Position numbers and translations under genes: made by a program
NCBI GenBank assembly: GCA_943846725.1
Contig: OX044353.1
Coordinates: 1,280,888 to 1,344,887 of the forward strand
Length of the DNA stretch: 64,000 bases
Direction: 5' to 3'
DNA from: an uncultured Gammaproteobacteria bacterium
GTDB taxonomy: Bacteria; Pseudomonadota; Gammaproteobacteria; Nitrosococcales; Methylophagaceae
Shown: piece by piece, positions 1-9,399 of the stretch
Numbering within the stretch: position 1 is the stretch's first letter
Layout of the letters: each line of letters opens with the position of its first letter
Notes under the pieces: model-generated
The model's database searches: none
Told to the model about the DNA's origin: nothing
The model's input: only the letters and a program-made list of their open reading frames with translations

Positions 1-276
1 CAAGCTGTACAAATGTTCGGTCCGGCACAACGTGGTGTTGGTTTGGCTGTTGCTGAATGTGTAGAAGATGGAACTATCCCTGCAAACGAAGCTGATGATT
101 GCTTCATCTGTGTTGGTGTTTTCATTTCACCAACGGCTGATAGTGATGAAAAAATCCAAAACTGGAACTACCGCGCTACAAAAGAATCAATCAAACGTGC
201 TGTAGCTCGCGAGCCAAAAGCAGCTGATGTTGTTGCTCAGTACAAAACATCTGAGCACCCATTTGCAGCTGGCTAA
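1..276 (+). CDS. fae: formaldehyde-activating enzyme (Fae), C-terminal part; the 5-prime end lies outside the window
   Basis: Frame 1 is open from nt 1 (QAVQ precedes the listed [10 protein letters not shown]). The string MFGPAQ-GV...IPANEADD...GVFI...[22 protein letters not shown]...HPFAAG matches the conserved C-terminal half of Fae as I remember it from Methylobacterium extorquens. Confidence 0.85.
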   Translation, partial: QAVQMFGPAQRGVGLAVAECVEDGTIPANEADDCFICVGVFISPTADSDEKIQNWNYRATKESIKRAVAREPKAADVVAQYKTSEHPFAAG

Positions 277-286
277 ATAATATTTA

Positions 287-332
287 CTAGGCGCCCGCTG
301 ATATCAATCAGTGGCGCCTAGCTATATTTTTT
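287..332 (+). terminator. rho-independent terminator after fae
   Basis: A perfect 9-bp inverted repeat CTAGGCGCC / GGCGCCTAG (about 287-295 and 313-321) has extra imperfect inner pairs. It is followed by a T-rich run (ctatatttttt). The right arm overlaps the stop codon of the convergent gene. Confidence 0.6.
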
Positions 333-1016
333 CAACTCCACCTTATCCAAGGCACCGCTATGTAGTGCACTCGCTACTAATGCAGCTGAAACACCCTCGC
401 GTTTTAGCATACATAAATCCCTGTCGTTTCTTACACCACCTGCTGCTATAAACCGAATATCAGACCGTTTTGATTTTAGCGTCTGTAACAGTGCTATATC
501 TGGCCCTAGATCAATACCTATACAATCTAAATTCATAGCTATTACTGTCTCAGGCCATTCACCGTATTGCTTTAAAAATAAATCATCACCTATGATATCA
601 CCTTGCTTAAAATCTAATGACAAGACATCTGATTTATTCCATACAGGACTTTGCTTATCTGACCAAGTCTCACTCGCAACGATAGGAATAAGCCTTGGAA
701 TATCTCTCAACGCATTTTTCTGATCCTGCTTTTCTATACCACTATCCAGCCATACTGTAATAGCTGGAAATTCCTCAACAACTCGCTTATAAAGCGCTCT
801 ATTATTAATTCCTTGCATTATGGCATCTAGGTCAGCGATATATACTGTAGTAAATGAATGATACGACAATAGATCTTCAATCACCTGCAGTGGTTCTGTT
901 GAGTGCGTTACGGTGGATTTAAGTGGTTGATATTGATGGCGGGTACCTGCTTTAGCATGAACAACAATTCCCCCCATTAAATCAATGACCGGTATAATTT
1001 CCACTCTTTCTCCCAT
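318..1016 (-). CDS. HisA/HisF-family TIM-barrel protein of the H4MPT/methanofuran-linked gene set (exact reaction unresolved)
   Basis: 232-aa ORF. N-terminal IIPVIDLMGG-VVH and C-terminal AAGGVRNDRDL resemble HisA/HisF barrel phosphate-binding motifs. It is convergent with fae and divergent, across a roughly 10-nt spacer, from the cofactor gene string. Confidence 0.6.
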   Translation of the reverse strand: MGERVEIIPVIDLMGGIVVHAKAGTRHQYQPLKSTVTHSTEPLQVIEDLLSYHSFTTVYIADLDAIMQGINNRALYKRVVEEFPAITVWLDSGIEKQDQKNALRDIPRLIPIVASETWSDKQSPVWNKSDVLSLDFKQGDIIGDDLFLKQYGEWPETVIAMNLDCIGIDLGPDIALLQTLKSKRSDIRFIAAGGVRNDRDLCMLKREGVSAALVASALHSGALDKVELKKYS

Positions 1017-1026
1017 AAATTAAACA

Positions 1027-2052
1027 ATGAAGTTATTTGTCTACGAATATATCACCAGTGGCGCGTTAGCTGAGCAAAGCCTGCCTAAAAGCCTTGCTCA
1101 TGAAGGTGATGAAATGCTCAGTGCAATTATTCGAGACTGTAATGAATCACCTTCCTTTAGCATTAGTATGATACGTGATATTCGTCTCGCAGAACTTGAC
1201 GTTATCAACAATAATAACCGTCATCATTGTCATTTTGTTTCCACAGTGGATGAACATCAAGCACGCTGGCAACAGTGTCTTGATGAAGCTGAAGCGGTAC
1301 TTATTATTGCACCTGAAACCGATGGCATACTCTCGAATCTACATCGCCAGGCACTAGTAAAGAATAAAGTTATTCTTGGTTGCCACGTCCCAGCTATTGA
1401 GACCACAAGCAATAAGCTTACTTGCTATCAACAGCTCAAAAAACATGATATCGCTGTGGCCGATACTTATCTGGCATCAGATGTAACTAATATACAATTC
1501 ACCTCCGATACACCTTACCTCGCCAAGCCTATTGATGGCGCTGGTTGTCTTGATACATATCTCTTTGACACGGTTAAAGAACTTGATCGCTATCTTTTGG
1601 CATTATCTGATATTGAACAAGAACAAATAATTATTCAACCCTACATCAATGGCATTTCCGCTAGCCTATCACTCCTTTTTTCTGATATCGATGTCACTGT
1701 ATTGTCTATTAATGAACAGCAAATTGAACTCGAAAATAATAAGCTTACATTTATAGCTTGTCATGTTAACGGCATTATAGAAGCTACTTTTTCGTATGCA
1801 CAAGCCTATAAATTAGCAAGACAAGTACAAGATGCCATTCCTGGTTTATGGGGTTTGATTGGAATTGACTTTATTATCACAGAGAATTCAGCTGTCATCG
1901 TCGATATCAATCCAAGAGTCACAACTGCATATATCGATTTGAAAAGTACCTTACAAACCAATCCTATGGACCTCCTATTGCAGATTTATGAGGACGTTCA
2001 GATCGCATCATCATTTCCGATAAAAAAACAAATGATCTGTCTAACACTATGA
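1027..2052 (+). CDS. ATP-grasp ligase, MfnD-like (candidate tyramine-glutamate ligase of methanofuran synthesis)
   Basis: 341 aa. The segments KPIDGAGCLD, IIQPYINGISASLS, GLIGIDFI and VIVDINPR look like an ATP-grasp fold. The gene heads a coupled string of Mfn-like genes next to fae. Confidence 0.55.
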   Translation: MKLFVYEYITSGALAEQSLPKSLAHEGDEMLSAIIRDCNESPSFSISMIRDIRLAELDVINNNNRHHCHFVSTVDEHQARWQQCLDEAEAVLIIAPETDGILSNLHRQALVKNKVILGCHVPAIETTSNKLTCYQQLKKHDIAVADTYLASDVTNIQFTSDTPYLAKPIDGAGCLDTYLFDTVKELDRYLLALSDIEQEQIIIQPYINGISASLSLLFSDIDVTVLSINEQQIELENNKLTFIACHVNGIIEATFSYAQAYKLARQVQDAIPGLWGLIGIDFIITENSAVIVDINPRVTTAYIDLKSTLQTNPMDLLLQIYEDVQIASSFPIKKQMICLTL

Positions 2053-3092
2053 ATGAAAAAGAAGCTTACTTTAGCGGTTGGGATATTGGTGGTGCTCATC
2101 TTAAAGTCGCTCGCTGTGATCCCCAAGGACATCTAATCGATGTTATAGAAATAGCATGTCCGCTATGGAAAGGAATAGAGCAGCTTCAACAAGCGATAGC
2201 AACAGCACAACAACATCTATCAAATCACGATGATATCTCGGCAATCACCATGACAGGAGAGTTAGTTGATGTTTTTCCTAATCGACGTCAAGGTGTAAGC
2301 CAGATATTAGATTGTGTGGCAGAATTTATACCCGAAGATCGGTGTCACATCTACGCAGGAGAACTGGGTTGGTTACATCCTATACAAGCTAAAAAACAAT
2401 GGGCATCCGTTGCATCGAGAAATTGGCAAGCGACTGCCAGTTTTGTTGCCAGTAAAATTGATAATGGTTTATTTGTCGATATTGGTAGTACAACCTGCGA
2501 CATTATTCCATTGATCGATGGGCAAGCGGCACCATCAGCCTTTAGCGATCTAGGACGACAAACAAGTGGCGAACTACTCTATACAGGCGCTATTAGGACA
2601 CCTTTAATTGCACTCGCCAACAAAGCCCCTTTCAATGGCCAGCAGGTCAATATTGCCGCAGAACTGTTTGCAACAACGGCAGATTGTTGGTTGTTGTTAG
2701 AGGAATTAGACATTACTCAAATCCATGATGACAGCGCTGACGGATTACCATGGAATATTGAGAATAGTTGTCGTCGGATTGCACGGCTATTAGGTGCAGA
2801 TGCTGATGACCACTCGACGACACAATGGCGACAACTCGCTCAGTGGTTTGCTAAACAACAACAATCCCTAGTCACTGATGCATGCCTACAAGTTCTGTCT
2901 AAACATCCTAATTTAGAAAATACGTCTATTATCACGGCTGGAATAGGCCGCTTTATTGGACATAATTGTGCGACCTTATTAGGCCGACCTTATAAAGATT
3001 TTAATGCTTTAACATCCTCTGACATGGAATCATCGAATGATCATGCAAGCGCTGTTGCAATAGCCCTTCTAGCTTGCCAGCAGTTAACGTAA
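2049..3092 (+). CDS. hydantoinase-A/ASKHA-fold 'H4MPT-linked C1 transfer pathway protein', MfnF-like
   Basis: 347 aa. WDIGGAHLKVA near the N-terminus and VDIGSTTCDIIP mid-protein are the paired phosphate-binding motifs of this fold. The start overlaps the previous stop (ATGA). Confidence 0.55.
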   Translation: MNEKEAYFSGWDIGGAHLKVARCDPQGHLIDVIEIACPLWKGIEQLQQAIATAQQHLSNHDDISAITMTGELVDVFPNRRQGVSQILDCVAEFIPEDRCHIYAGELGWLHPIQAKKQWASVASRNWQATASFVASKIDNGLFVDIGSTTCDIIPLIDGQAAPSAFSDLGRQTSGELLYTGAIRTPLIALANKAPFNGQQVNIAAELFATTADCWLLLEELDITQIHDDSADGLPWNIENSCRRIARLLGADADDHSTTQWRQLAQWFAKQQQSLVTDACLQVLSKHPNLENTSIITAGIGRFIGHNCATLLGRPYKDFNALTSSDMESSNDHASAVAIALLACQQLT

Positions 3093-3104
3093 AATAGTTA
3101 CCTT

Positions 3105-4493
3105 ATGTCACCTAACTTGCCTCCTCTTTGTCATGAATTAGCCTATTTTGCTGACAGCAGTCTCTACTTTGAGGCCCTTGCTGATTTAGCTTGGCCTGTT
3201 TTCCTAGATAGCACACAAAAGAGCAGTCACGATAATCGCTATGACATCATTGCTGCTAACCCCTTTAGTACAATCGTCACAAAGCAAGGTATAACGTCTA
3301 TTCATAATAGCTCTGCTCAATCCTCTATGTCTAAAGGCGATCCGTTTACCATTCTTCGCCAACAATTAAATGAGTTTGAAAAGCAAAGCCCAACCAACTT
3401 GCCTTTTTGCGGTGGCGCAATCGGTCTTTTTAGCTATAATTTAGGTCGATATATAGAAGAGTTGCCTAGTATTGCAAATGATCGCGAAGACATTCCCGAT
3501 ATGTTGGTTGGTTTATACGACTGGGCGATCATTAATGACCATGTAGAACAACGTTGTTGGCTGGCTAGTTTTGGCTTAGATAACAAGACGAAACAACAGT
3601 GGCCACAATTAATTGAGCGATTTACAAAACTTCAGCAGCCAGAAAAGCAAACATTTACTGTTTTAGGCTCAATAAAAAGTAACTTACCACGAGACCAGTA
3701 CCAAATTGCTTTTGATAAAATTCAGCATTACATCCTTGAGGGTGATTGTTATCAAGTTAACCTCGCAAAACGTTTTGAAATTAAGAGTTTAGGTAGGCCT
3801 TGGTCAGCTTATAAATTATTGAGGCAACAAAATCCTGCACCTTTTTCTGTTTATTTTGCAACACCCCATGTCAATATTCTAAGCTCCTCACCAGAACGAT
3901 TATTACACCTTAAAGACAACCAGGTAGAAACCAAACCCATCAAAGGAACTCGTAGTCGTGACTTAAACGATCCAGATAGGGATCAGAAACTAGCAGATGA
4001 GTTACAAAACAGTATTAAAGATCGCGCTGAGAATTTGATGATTGTCGATTTATTACGTAACGATATTGGCAAAGTGTGCGAACCTGGCTCTATCACTGTA
4101 CCTAAACCGTTTGCTTTGGAATCATTTGCCACCGTCCACCATTTAGTCAGCACCATTACCGGACAACTCTCAAAGAATCATGATGCGGTATCTTTATTAA
4201 AAGCGTGCTTTCCTGGAGGGTCAATTACCGGCGCCCCTAAATTGCGAGCAATGGAAATTATTGAAGAACTTGAACCAGATCGTCGTGGGGCATACTGTGG
4301 CAGCATTGCTTACATTGGTTTTGACGGTAGTATGGACAGTAATATCCTTATCCGCACACTAATACACAGCGATGATACCTTACGCTTTTGGGCCGGTGGA
4401 GGCATTGTTGCCGACTCAGATGTGGATGATGAATATCAAGAAATTCACGATAAAGCTGCAGCCCTTATTAACTTGATTGAGTCGCTTCATTAA
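3105..4493 (+). CDS. pabB: aminodeoxychorismate synthase component I
   Basis: 462 aa. GDCYQVNLAKRF, SSSPERLL, PIKGTRSR, FPGGSITGAPK and RGAYCGSIAYIGFDG are chorismate-binding enzyme signatures. GDCYQVNLA matches E. coli PabB as I recall it. Confidence 0.8.
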   Translation: MSPNLPPLCHELAYFADSSLYFEALADLAWPVFLDSTQKSSHDNRYDIIAANPFSTIVTKQGITSIHNSSAQSSMSKGDPFTILRQQLNEFEKQSPTNLPFCGGAIGLFSYNLGRYIEELPSIANDREDIPDMLVGLYDWAIINDHVEQRCWLASFGLDNKTKQQWPQLIERFTKLQQPEKQTFTVLGSIKSNLPRDQYQIAFDKIQHYILEGDCYQVNLAKRFEIKSLGRPWSAYKLLRQQNPAPFSVYFATPHVNILSSSPERLLHLKDNQVETKPIKGTRSRDLNDPDRDQKLADELQNSIKDRAENLMIVDLLRNDIGKVCEPGSITVPKPFALESFATVHHLVSTITGQLSKNHDAVSLLKACFPGGSITGAPKLRAMEIIEELEPDRRGAYCGSIAYIGFDGSMDSNILIRTLIHSDDTLRFWAGGGIVADSDVDDEYQEIHDKAAALINLIESLH

Positions 4494-4496
4494 CTC

Positions 4497-5087
4497 ATGT
4501 GGGTTGTAAAACTTGGCGGTAGCCTTTATCAAAAAGATGAGCTAACGCATTGGCTAGAGCAGCTAGCTGTCTTATCCCAAAAACATCCCATCACCATCGT
4601 TCCAGGCGGCGGTCCTTTTGCCGATCAAGTCAGGCAAGCACAGCAACAGTACTCTTTTAGCGATGAACATGCCCACCATATGGCGCTATTGGCAATGGCT
4701 CAGTTTGGCCTAACCATATTAAGCCTATCGAAAAACTGCGAGCCCTTATATTACCCAACCAAATCTGATGCAGAACCACATCCATTATCCGTATGGCTGC
4801 CTGATAAAAGCCTACTGTCGAAATCAGAGATCTCACACAACTGGAAAGTCACTTCAGACAGTCTAGCCTTGTGGCTAGCCTATCAACTCAATGCTGACAG
4901 ATTAGCACTAGTAAAACAGGCATTGCCTGTGGGTGATCTGACGATCACCGAACTTAGTGATGTAGGGGTTATTGATAAAGCCTTTCCTGAAATGTTCTCA
5001 CAATACCCTGTACCCAGCACCTTAGCCCTCGCTTCAGACTATGAAAAAGTACCATCGATTTTTAACAACTCAATGTTAGCACTATGA
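4497..5087 (+). CDS. amino-acid-kinase-fold protein, MfnE-like (candidate furan-methyl-phosphate kinase)
   Basis: 196 aa. VVKLGGSL and IVPGGGPFAD are Asp/Glu/uridylate-kinase fold motifs. It starts 4 nt after pabB and overlaps the next gene. Confidence 0.55.
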   Translation: MWVVKLGGSLYQKDELTHWLEQLAVLSQKHPITIVPGGGPFADQVRQAQQQYSFSDEHAHHMALLAMAQFGLTILSLSKNCEPLYYPTKSDAEPHPLSVWLPDKSLLSKSEISHNWKVTSDSLALWLAYQLNADRLALVKQALPVGDLTITELSDVGVIDKAFPEMFSQYPVPSTLALASDYEKVPSIFNNSMLAL

Positions 5088-6292
5088 CTCCGTCAGAACA
5101 CTTACTGACAGAATTACAGTGCTTATTAGATAACTTAAAACAAACAGGTGGGTTGACTAACAATAGTTCAATCAATATCAATGAACACCCGGCAAATAAT
5201 AATGATTTAACGATCTTATTAGACCAGCTATTAACTGAAGCGAATATACACCTATCTAATACATGGGCTGCCCACATGACACCCGCTGTTTCAGCAACAA
5301 GCTTGCTTGGACAAACTATTGCTGGTTTGCATAATGGCAATTTGTTATCTCCGCAGCTCTACCCTATTCTCGTTCAAATAGAACAAAAAACTATTAGCTG
5401 GCTCTGTCAGATTTTTAAACAAACCAATGGCCATTTCGTTCCAAGTGGCAGCTATGCAAACTTAGATGCTTTATGGCAAGCAAAGCAAGCTAATTCAACA
5501 CATTCAAATATCGTCTACACATCAACGGCCGCCCATTATTCAATAGCCAAAGCTTGCCAAATATTGGACTTGGAACTCATTCTTATTCCTTGTAATGAGC
5601 AGGGTGAAATATCTAGTGAGGCTTTGTTAAAAGCTTGTGAAGTAACACAACCACTAGCTATTGTTGCCACTCTTGGCACAACAGCCTTAGGAGCTATCGA
5701 CCCGTTGAGTGACTGTATTGCAATTGCTCAACGATTCAATAGCTGGTGTCATATCGATGCTTCATGGGGCGGTGCTTTATGCATATTACCAGAATACGAC
5801 CATTTATTTGCCGATCTAGCTGGTGCTAATTCAGTTTGTATCGATCCACACAAGGCATTATCACAACCTAAACCATCGAGTGTATTGTTGTATCAACACG
5901 AAATAAATAAAATCGATGCTAATGTAAGCTATCTTGAAGAAAAGCCTTTAGCCCACCTACCAGGCTCACATGGTGGTGAAAACTTTCTACCTTTATGGTT
6001 TATGCTTGTTTCTAAAGGCACTAAAGTATTAAAAGAACAACTTCGCTATCGTTTATCGCAAGCACAATTGTTTGCCCATGCTCTAGATCAACTAGAAGGA
6101 TGTACTGTATATCCTACTCGTACAGGTATCGTCGGGTTTGATATTACGCCAGAAAAAACCATTGATACCTTAATCAATCGTGGCGTATTCTCGCGTGTAC
6201 AGATATCTGGGAAAACCATTTATCGTGCTGTTTTTATGAATAATCATGTCAGCGCAGAGGCGCTTATTGCTGAATTACAGGCTTACCTTTAA
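5084..6292 (+). CDS. group II PLP-dependent decarboxylase, MfnA-like (candidate tyrosine decarboxylase)
   Basis: 402 aa. SGSYANLDALW, HIDASWGG and the PLP-lysine motif DPHKAL are present. The start overlaps the previous stop. Confidence 0.65.
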   Translation: MTPSEHLLTELQCLLDNLKQTGGLTNNSSININEHPANNNDLTILLDQLLTEANIHLSNTWAAHMTPAVSATSLLGQTIAGLHNGNLLSPQLYPILVQIEQKTISWLCQIFKQTNGHFVPSGSYANLDALWQAKQANSTHSNIVYTSTAAHYSIAKACQILDLELILIPCNEQGEISSEALLKACEVTQPLAIVATLGTTALGAIDPLSDCIAIAQRFNSWCHIDASWGGALCILPEYDHLFADLAGANSVCIDPHKALSQPKPSSVLLYQHEINKIDANVSYLEEKPLAHLPGSHGGENFLPLWFMLVSKGTKVLKEQLRYRLSQAQLFAHALDQLEGCTVYPTRTGIVGFDITPEKTIDTLINRGVFSRVQISGKTIYRAVFMNNHVSAEALIAELQAYL

Positions 6293-7685
6293 TTTGTTGC
6301 TGTACGCTATTAAAACGACGTAACCAAGTTGGCACTGTGTTCAATGGCTCTGGCCAATTACTTCTGGCTAATATGGCCTGCTGTTTATCCGAAAAACTGC
6401 CATAAAGTAATACGTACCATACCTTATCCTGTCTCAGACTATTGAACACAGCAACATTACCTTCTAAAGCATATTTAGCTATATATTCAACTATTTCATC
6501 ACGATCCCACGACCCCATTAATTGAAATGTATAGCTGTTTTTATCTTGTCGTAAAATCCAGTCTTCATTTTTAAAGTCTGAAATCGTGTGTACTTCTACT
6601 AATTTTTCACTGGTTTTAGCTTCAAGCTGCTCAATCTCAGTTAAGTCACTTGGTAATTCTGCTAACAACTCAGCTAACTCATCACGCTGAGCTTGCTCAT
6701 CGTCATTTTTTCCTTGATTTGAAATATCGACTGTGCTCACTGGAACTGATTCAGTCTGCAGTATGATATTGTCATTGATGTCTGCTTGATTATCGCTCTC
6801 CCATTGCGAAAAGTTTTTGCCTATAAACAATAAAGCCAGTAATCCTATGACAACAATCACTAAACCTGACCAGCGCGCGATGGAATGTGTCAAAGCGAGA
6901 TCGACAATAGAAAATTTAGAAGCTTGTCGACTTATACCTAGCAATTTCTGGTGTGCTAACTGATTTACAACAGATGGTTTGCCAGAAGATTGTTGAAAAA
7001 TAGTGTTAAGATCTTTGCTCGTAAATGGCGAAGCTTGTTGATAGCCCGCAATTTTTAAACGATGATTAAGATAATCACTCAATTCATGTTCGACTAAAGG
7101 AGGTAGGTCAACAGCCTGAATTCTACTTTGCGCACTCGCACTTAATGTCAGCAGTTTTTTAGATGCTAGAATGCCACCAAATAGAGGCTTCCCTTCATTC
7201 TGCCAAGTCAGCCACTCGGATACTTCTGCTAAGGTGCCTTCGGCTAAATCATCTGCATTATCAAGTAAAAGTATAGGTTGAATAGCTAATTTGACAAGCT
7301 GTTCCAAGCGTTGTCGCAAGACTTTTTGTGGGTCATCGGTGCTTCGTATATCGTTACTATCGACACCCAAACCCAATAGGCATTGCGCCATCAAAAATGT
7401 GCTATCGACACCACCTTCACAATTTATAAAGCAAATTCTTAGTTCATCACCCGCTCTCAACTGTAATTGTTGCAGTAAACTAGACTTACCCATGCCCTGT
7501 TCAGCTATTAAATTGGCAATTTTACGGCTTGATCTCAGTAGATGTAATAATAAATTTAAGCGGTGCTCTGCTTGGCCGCCACTATAAAAAAAACTAGCTT
7601 CAACTTGAGTATTAAATGGCGCTGAATGGAGTGCTAATCGTGCTAGGTAATTTGGCTCTAGATCTGCTGAGTCGATATCAGTCAT
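6264..7685 (-). CDS. ExeA/MshM-type AAA ATPase fused to a C-terminal SPOR domain (DamX-position protein)
   Basis: 473 aa. It has Walker A EQGMGKSSLL, LLLDNADDL, an acidic linker, one TM helix (WSGLVIVVIGLLALLFIG) and a SPOR-like C-terminus (YTFQLMGSW...WYVLLYGSF). It lies directly after aroK-aroB, where damX sits in enterics. Confidence 0.65.
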   Translation of the reverse strand: MTDIDSADLEPNYLARLALHSAPFNTQVEASFFYSGGQAEHRLNLLLHLLRSSRKIANLIAEQGMGKSSLLQQLQLRAGDELRICFINCEGGVDSTFLMAQCLLGLGVDSNDIRSTDDPQKVLRQRLEQLVKLAIQPILLLDNADDLAEGTLAEVSEWLTWQNEGKPLFGGILASKKLLTLSASAQSRIQAVDLPPLVEHELSDYLNHRLKIAGYQQASPFTSKDLNTIFQQSSGKPSVVNQLAHQKLLGISRQASKFSIVDLALTHSIARWSGLVIVVIGLLALLFIGKNFSQWESDNQADINDNIILQTESVPVSTVDISNQGKNDDEQAQRDELAELLAELPSDLTEIEQLEAKTSEKLVEVHTISDFKNEDWILRQDKNSYTFQLMGSWDRDEIVEYIAKYALEGNVAVFNSLRQDKVWYVLLYGSFSDKQQAILARSNWPEPLNTVPTWLRRFNSVQQQIKGKPVIQQ

Positions 7686-7694
7686 ACTGCTGTA

Positions 7695-8780
7695 TCAGCC
7701 TGCGTTAAAGCTTTCCAGCGTCTGGTATAATTGCTTTTTATCATAATCATCGCTCAGTATAGCTTGCCCTATACCTTTTAACAGCACGAGTCTTATTTGG
7801 CCATTTTTAACTTTTTTATCAACAGCCATCAAACTCATAAATTTATCCACTGTCATGGCATCTGGAACTGATATGGGTAAACCAGCAAGTAGCAAAATAT
7901 TCTTGACTCTCTCAAGCTCGGACAGCGTTAGCCATCCCATTCGATGAGATAAGTCAGCTGCCATCAGCATACCAATCGCTACGGCCTCACCATGTAAAAC
8001 TAGCCCATAGCCCATGCCTGTTTCAATCGCATGACCAAATGTATGTCCTAAATTTAATAAGGCACGTACACCTTGTTCACGCTCATCTTCAGCAACAATA
8101 TCCGCTTTATCTTTACATGAGCGTTCAATGGCCTCAGCTAATAAGTCGCCATCACGGGCCATTAAGCTTGGCATGTTATCTTCAAGCCAATTAAAAAATT
8201 CAGCGTCATTGATCAAGCCGTACTTTATCACTTCGGCTAAGCCTGATGATAATTGCCTGTCATCAAGAGTTAATAATGTATCGGTATCAGCGATCACACA
8301 CTGAGGCTGATAGAAAGCACCGATCATATTCTTACCAAGCGTATGATTAACAGCGGTTTTACCTCCTACGGAGGAATCAACTTGTGCTAATAATGTCGTT
8401 GGGATTTGAATAAAAGGCACGCCTCTTTGATAGCAAGCAGCAGCAAAACCCGTCATATCACCTATAACGCCACCGCCAAGTGCAATCAATGTTACTTGCC
8501 TTGAAAATTGTGCTTCTAATAATGTGTCAAAAACCTGATTAAGCACATCTAGGTTTTTGTATTGCTCACCGTCGGGCAACACAACAGTCTCAACCGCATA
8601 ATCATTGGATAAGCATTCAAGCAATTTATCCAAATAGAGTGCAGCTACGGTGGTGTTAGTCACCACACAAACCTCTTTGTTTTTTATAGACTCATCAAGT
8701 AGGTTTGATTGCGTTAATATATTTTTTCCTATAAATATTGGATAACTGCGATCGGCAAGTGATACGTTTAAAATTTTCAT
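7695..8780 (-). CDS. aroB: 3-dehydroquinate synthase
   Basis: 361 aa. Contains [33 protein letters not shown] and HGEAVAIG. It is located after aroK. Confidence 0.93.
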   Translation of the reverse strand: MKILNVSLADRSYPIFIGKNILTQSNLLDESIKNKEVCVVTNTTVAALYLDKLLECLSNDYAVETVVLPDGEQYKNLDVLNQVFDTLLEAQFSRQVTLIALGGGVIGDMTGFAAACYQRGVPFIQIPTTLLAQVDSSVGGKTAVNHTLGKNMIGAFYQPQCVIADTDTLLTLDDRQLSSGLAEVIKYGLINDAEFFNWLEDNMPSLMARDGDLLAEAIERSCKDKADIVAEDEREQGVRALLNLGHTFGHAIETGMGYGLVLHGEAVAIGMLMAADLSHRMGWLTLSELERVKNILLLAGLPISVPDAMTVDKFMSLMAVDKKVKNGQIRLVLLKGIGQAILSDDYDKKQLYQTLESFNAG

Positions 8781-8789
8781 TTTTTGATT

Positions 8790-9311
8790 TTATTTATCTA
8801 AATTTTCTAATTTTTTGATCAAGCTAGACACAACATATTGTATAGATTGGTCACCAGTACGCAATTCAACATCAGCCACATCTTTGTATAAAGGGTCACG
8901 AAAGGCCAGTAATTCAGCTATTTGTTTTTTTGGCTCACCCGTTTGTAATAAGGGCCTATTTTTATCCTTGCTAGTGCGACGCAGCAACTGATCAACTGAA
9001 GCCGACAAATAAACTACATAGCCACGAGAACGCAAAGCACGGCGGTTATCAGCTGATAAAATAGCCCCGCCCCCTGTAGCTAATACAATATTTTTCATAT
9101 CTGTTAATTCTTCTATTACTTTTTGCTCACGCGCTCTAAACCCGGCTTCGCCTTCCATTTCAAAAATCCAAGAAATGGAGACGCCGGTCCTACGCTCAAT
9201 TTCCTTATCGCTATCAAAGAAATCGCGACCTAGAGATTTAGCCAGTTGTTTACCCACAGTTGACTTCCCTGCCCCCATCGGTCCAACTAAAAAGATATTA
9301 CTTGCAATCAT
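8790..9311 (-). CDS. aroK: shikimate kinase
   Basis: 173 aa. Contains Walker A GPMGAGKSTVG, DSD and LATGGG. Confidence 0.93.
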   Translation of the reverse strand: MIASNIFLVGPMGAGKSTVGKQLAKSLGRDFFDSDKEIERRTGVSISWIFEMEGEAGFRAREQKVIEELTDMKNIVLATGGGAILSADNRRALRSRGYVVYLSASVDQLLRRTSKDKNRPLLQTGEPKKQIAELLAFRDPLYKDVADVELRTGDQSIQYVVSSLIKKLENLDK

Positions 9312-9340
9312 CTATTTTTAATCTCTAACAGTGGAATATA

Positions 9341-9375
9341 AAAAAGCCGAACCCATAATATGGATCCGGCTTATT
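9341..9375 (-). terminator. rho-independent terminator after pilQ
   Basis: The minus-strand RNA reads AGCCGGAUCCA-uauua-UGGGUUCGGCU (an 11-bp stem with two G-U pairs) followed by UUUUU. It lies between the pilQ stop and the aroK start. Confidence 0.6.
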
Positions 9376-9399
9376 ATAACTAGATAAGACTAGTTAAGC

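Noticed and set aside
960-1020. The printed sequence and the ORF track disagree by 1 nt. As I read the printed lines, there is one extra base at the 960/961 line junction and one base too few before 1021. The same pattern occurs at 63720/63721 and 63780. If real, this would frameshift the HisA/HisF-like gene and yidC and remove the yidD stop.
   Set aside because: The supplied ORF track gives uninterrupted proteins with good homology across both spots, and the neighbouring coordinates agree again on the next line. I treat it as a formatting or reading problem, not biology. It is the reason my hand-placed motif coordinates carry a tolerance of 1-2 nt.
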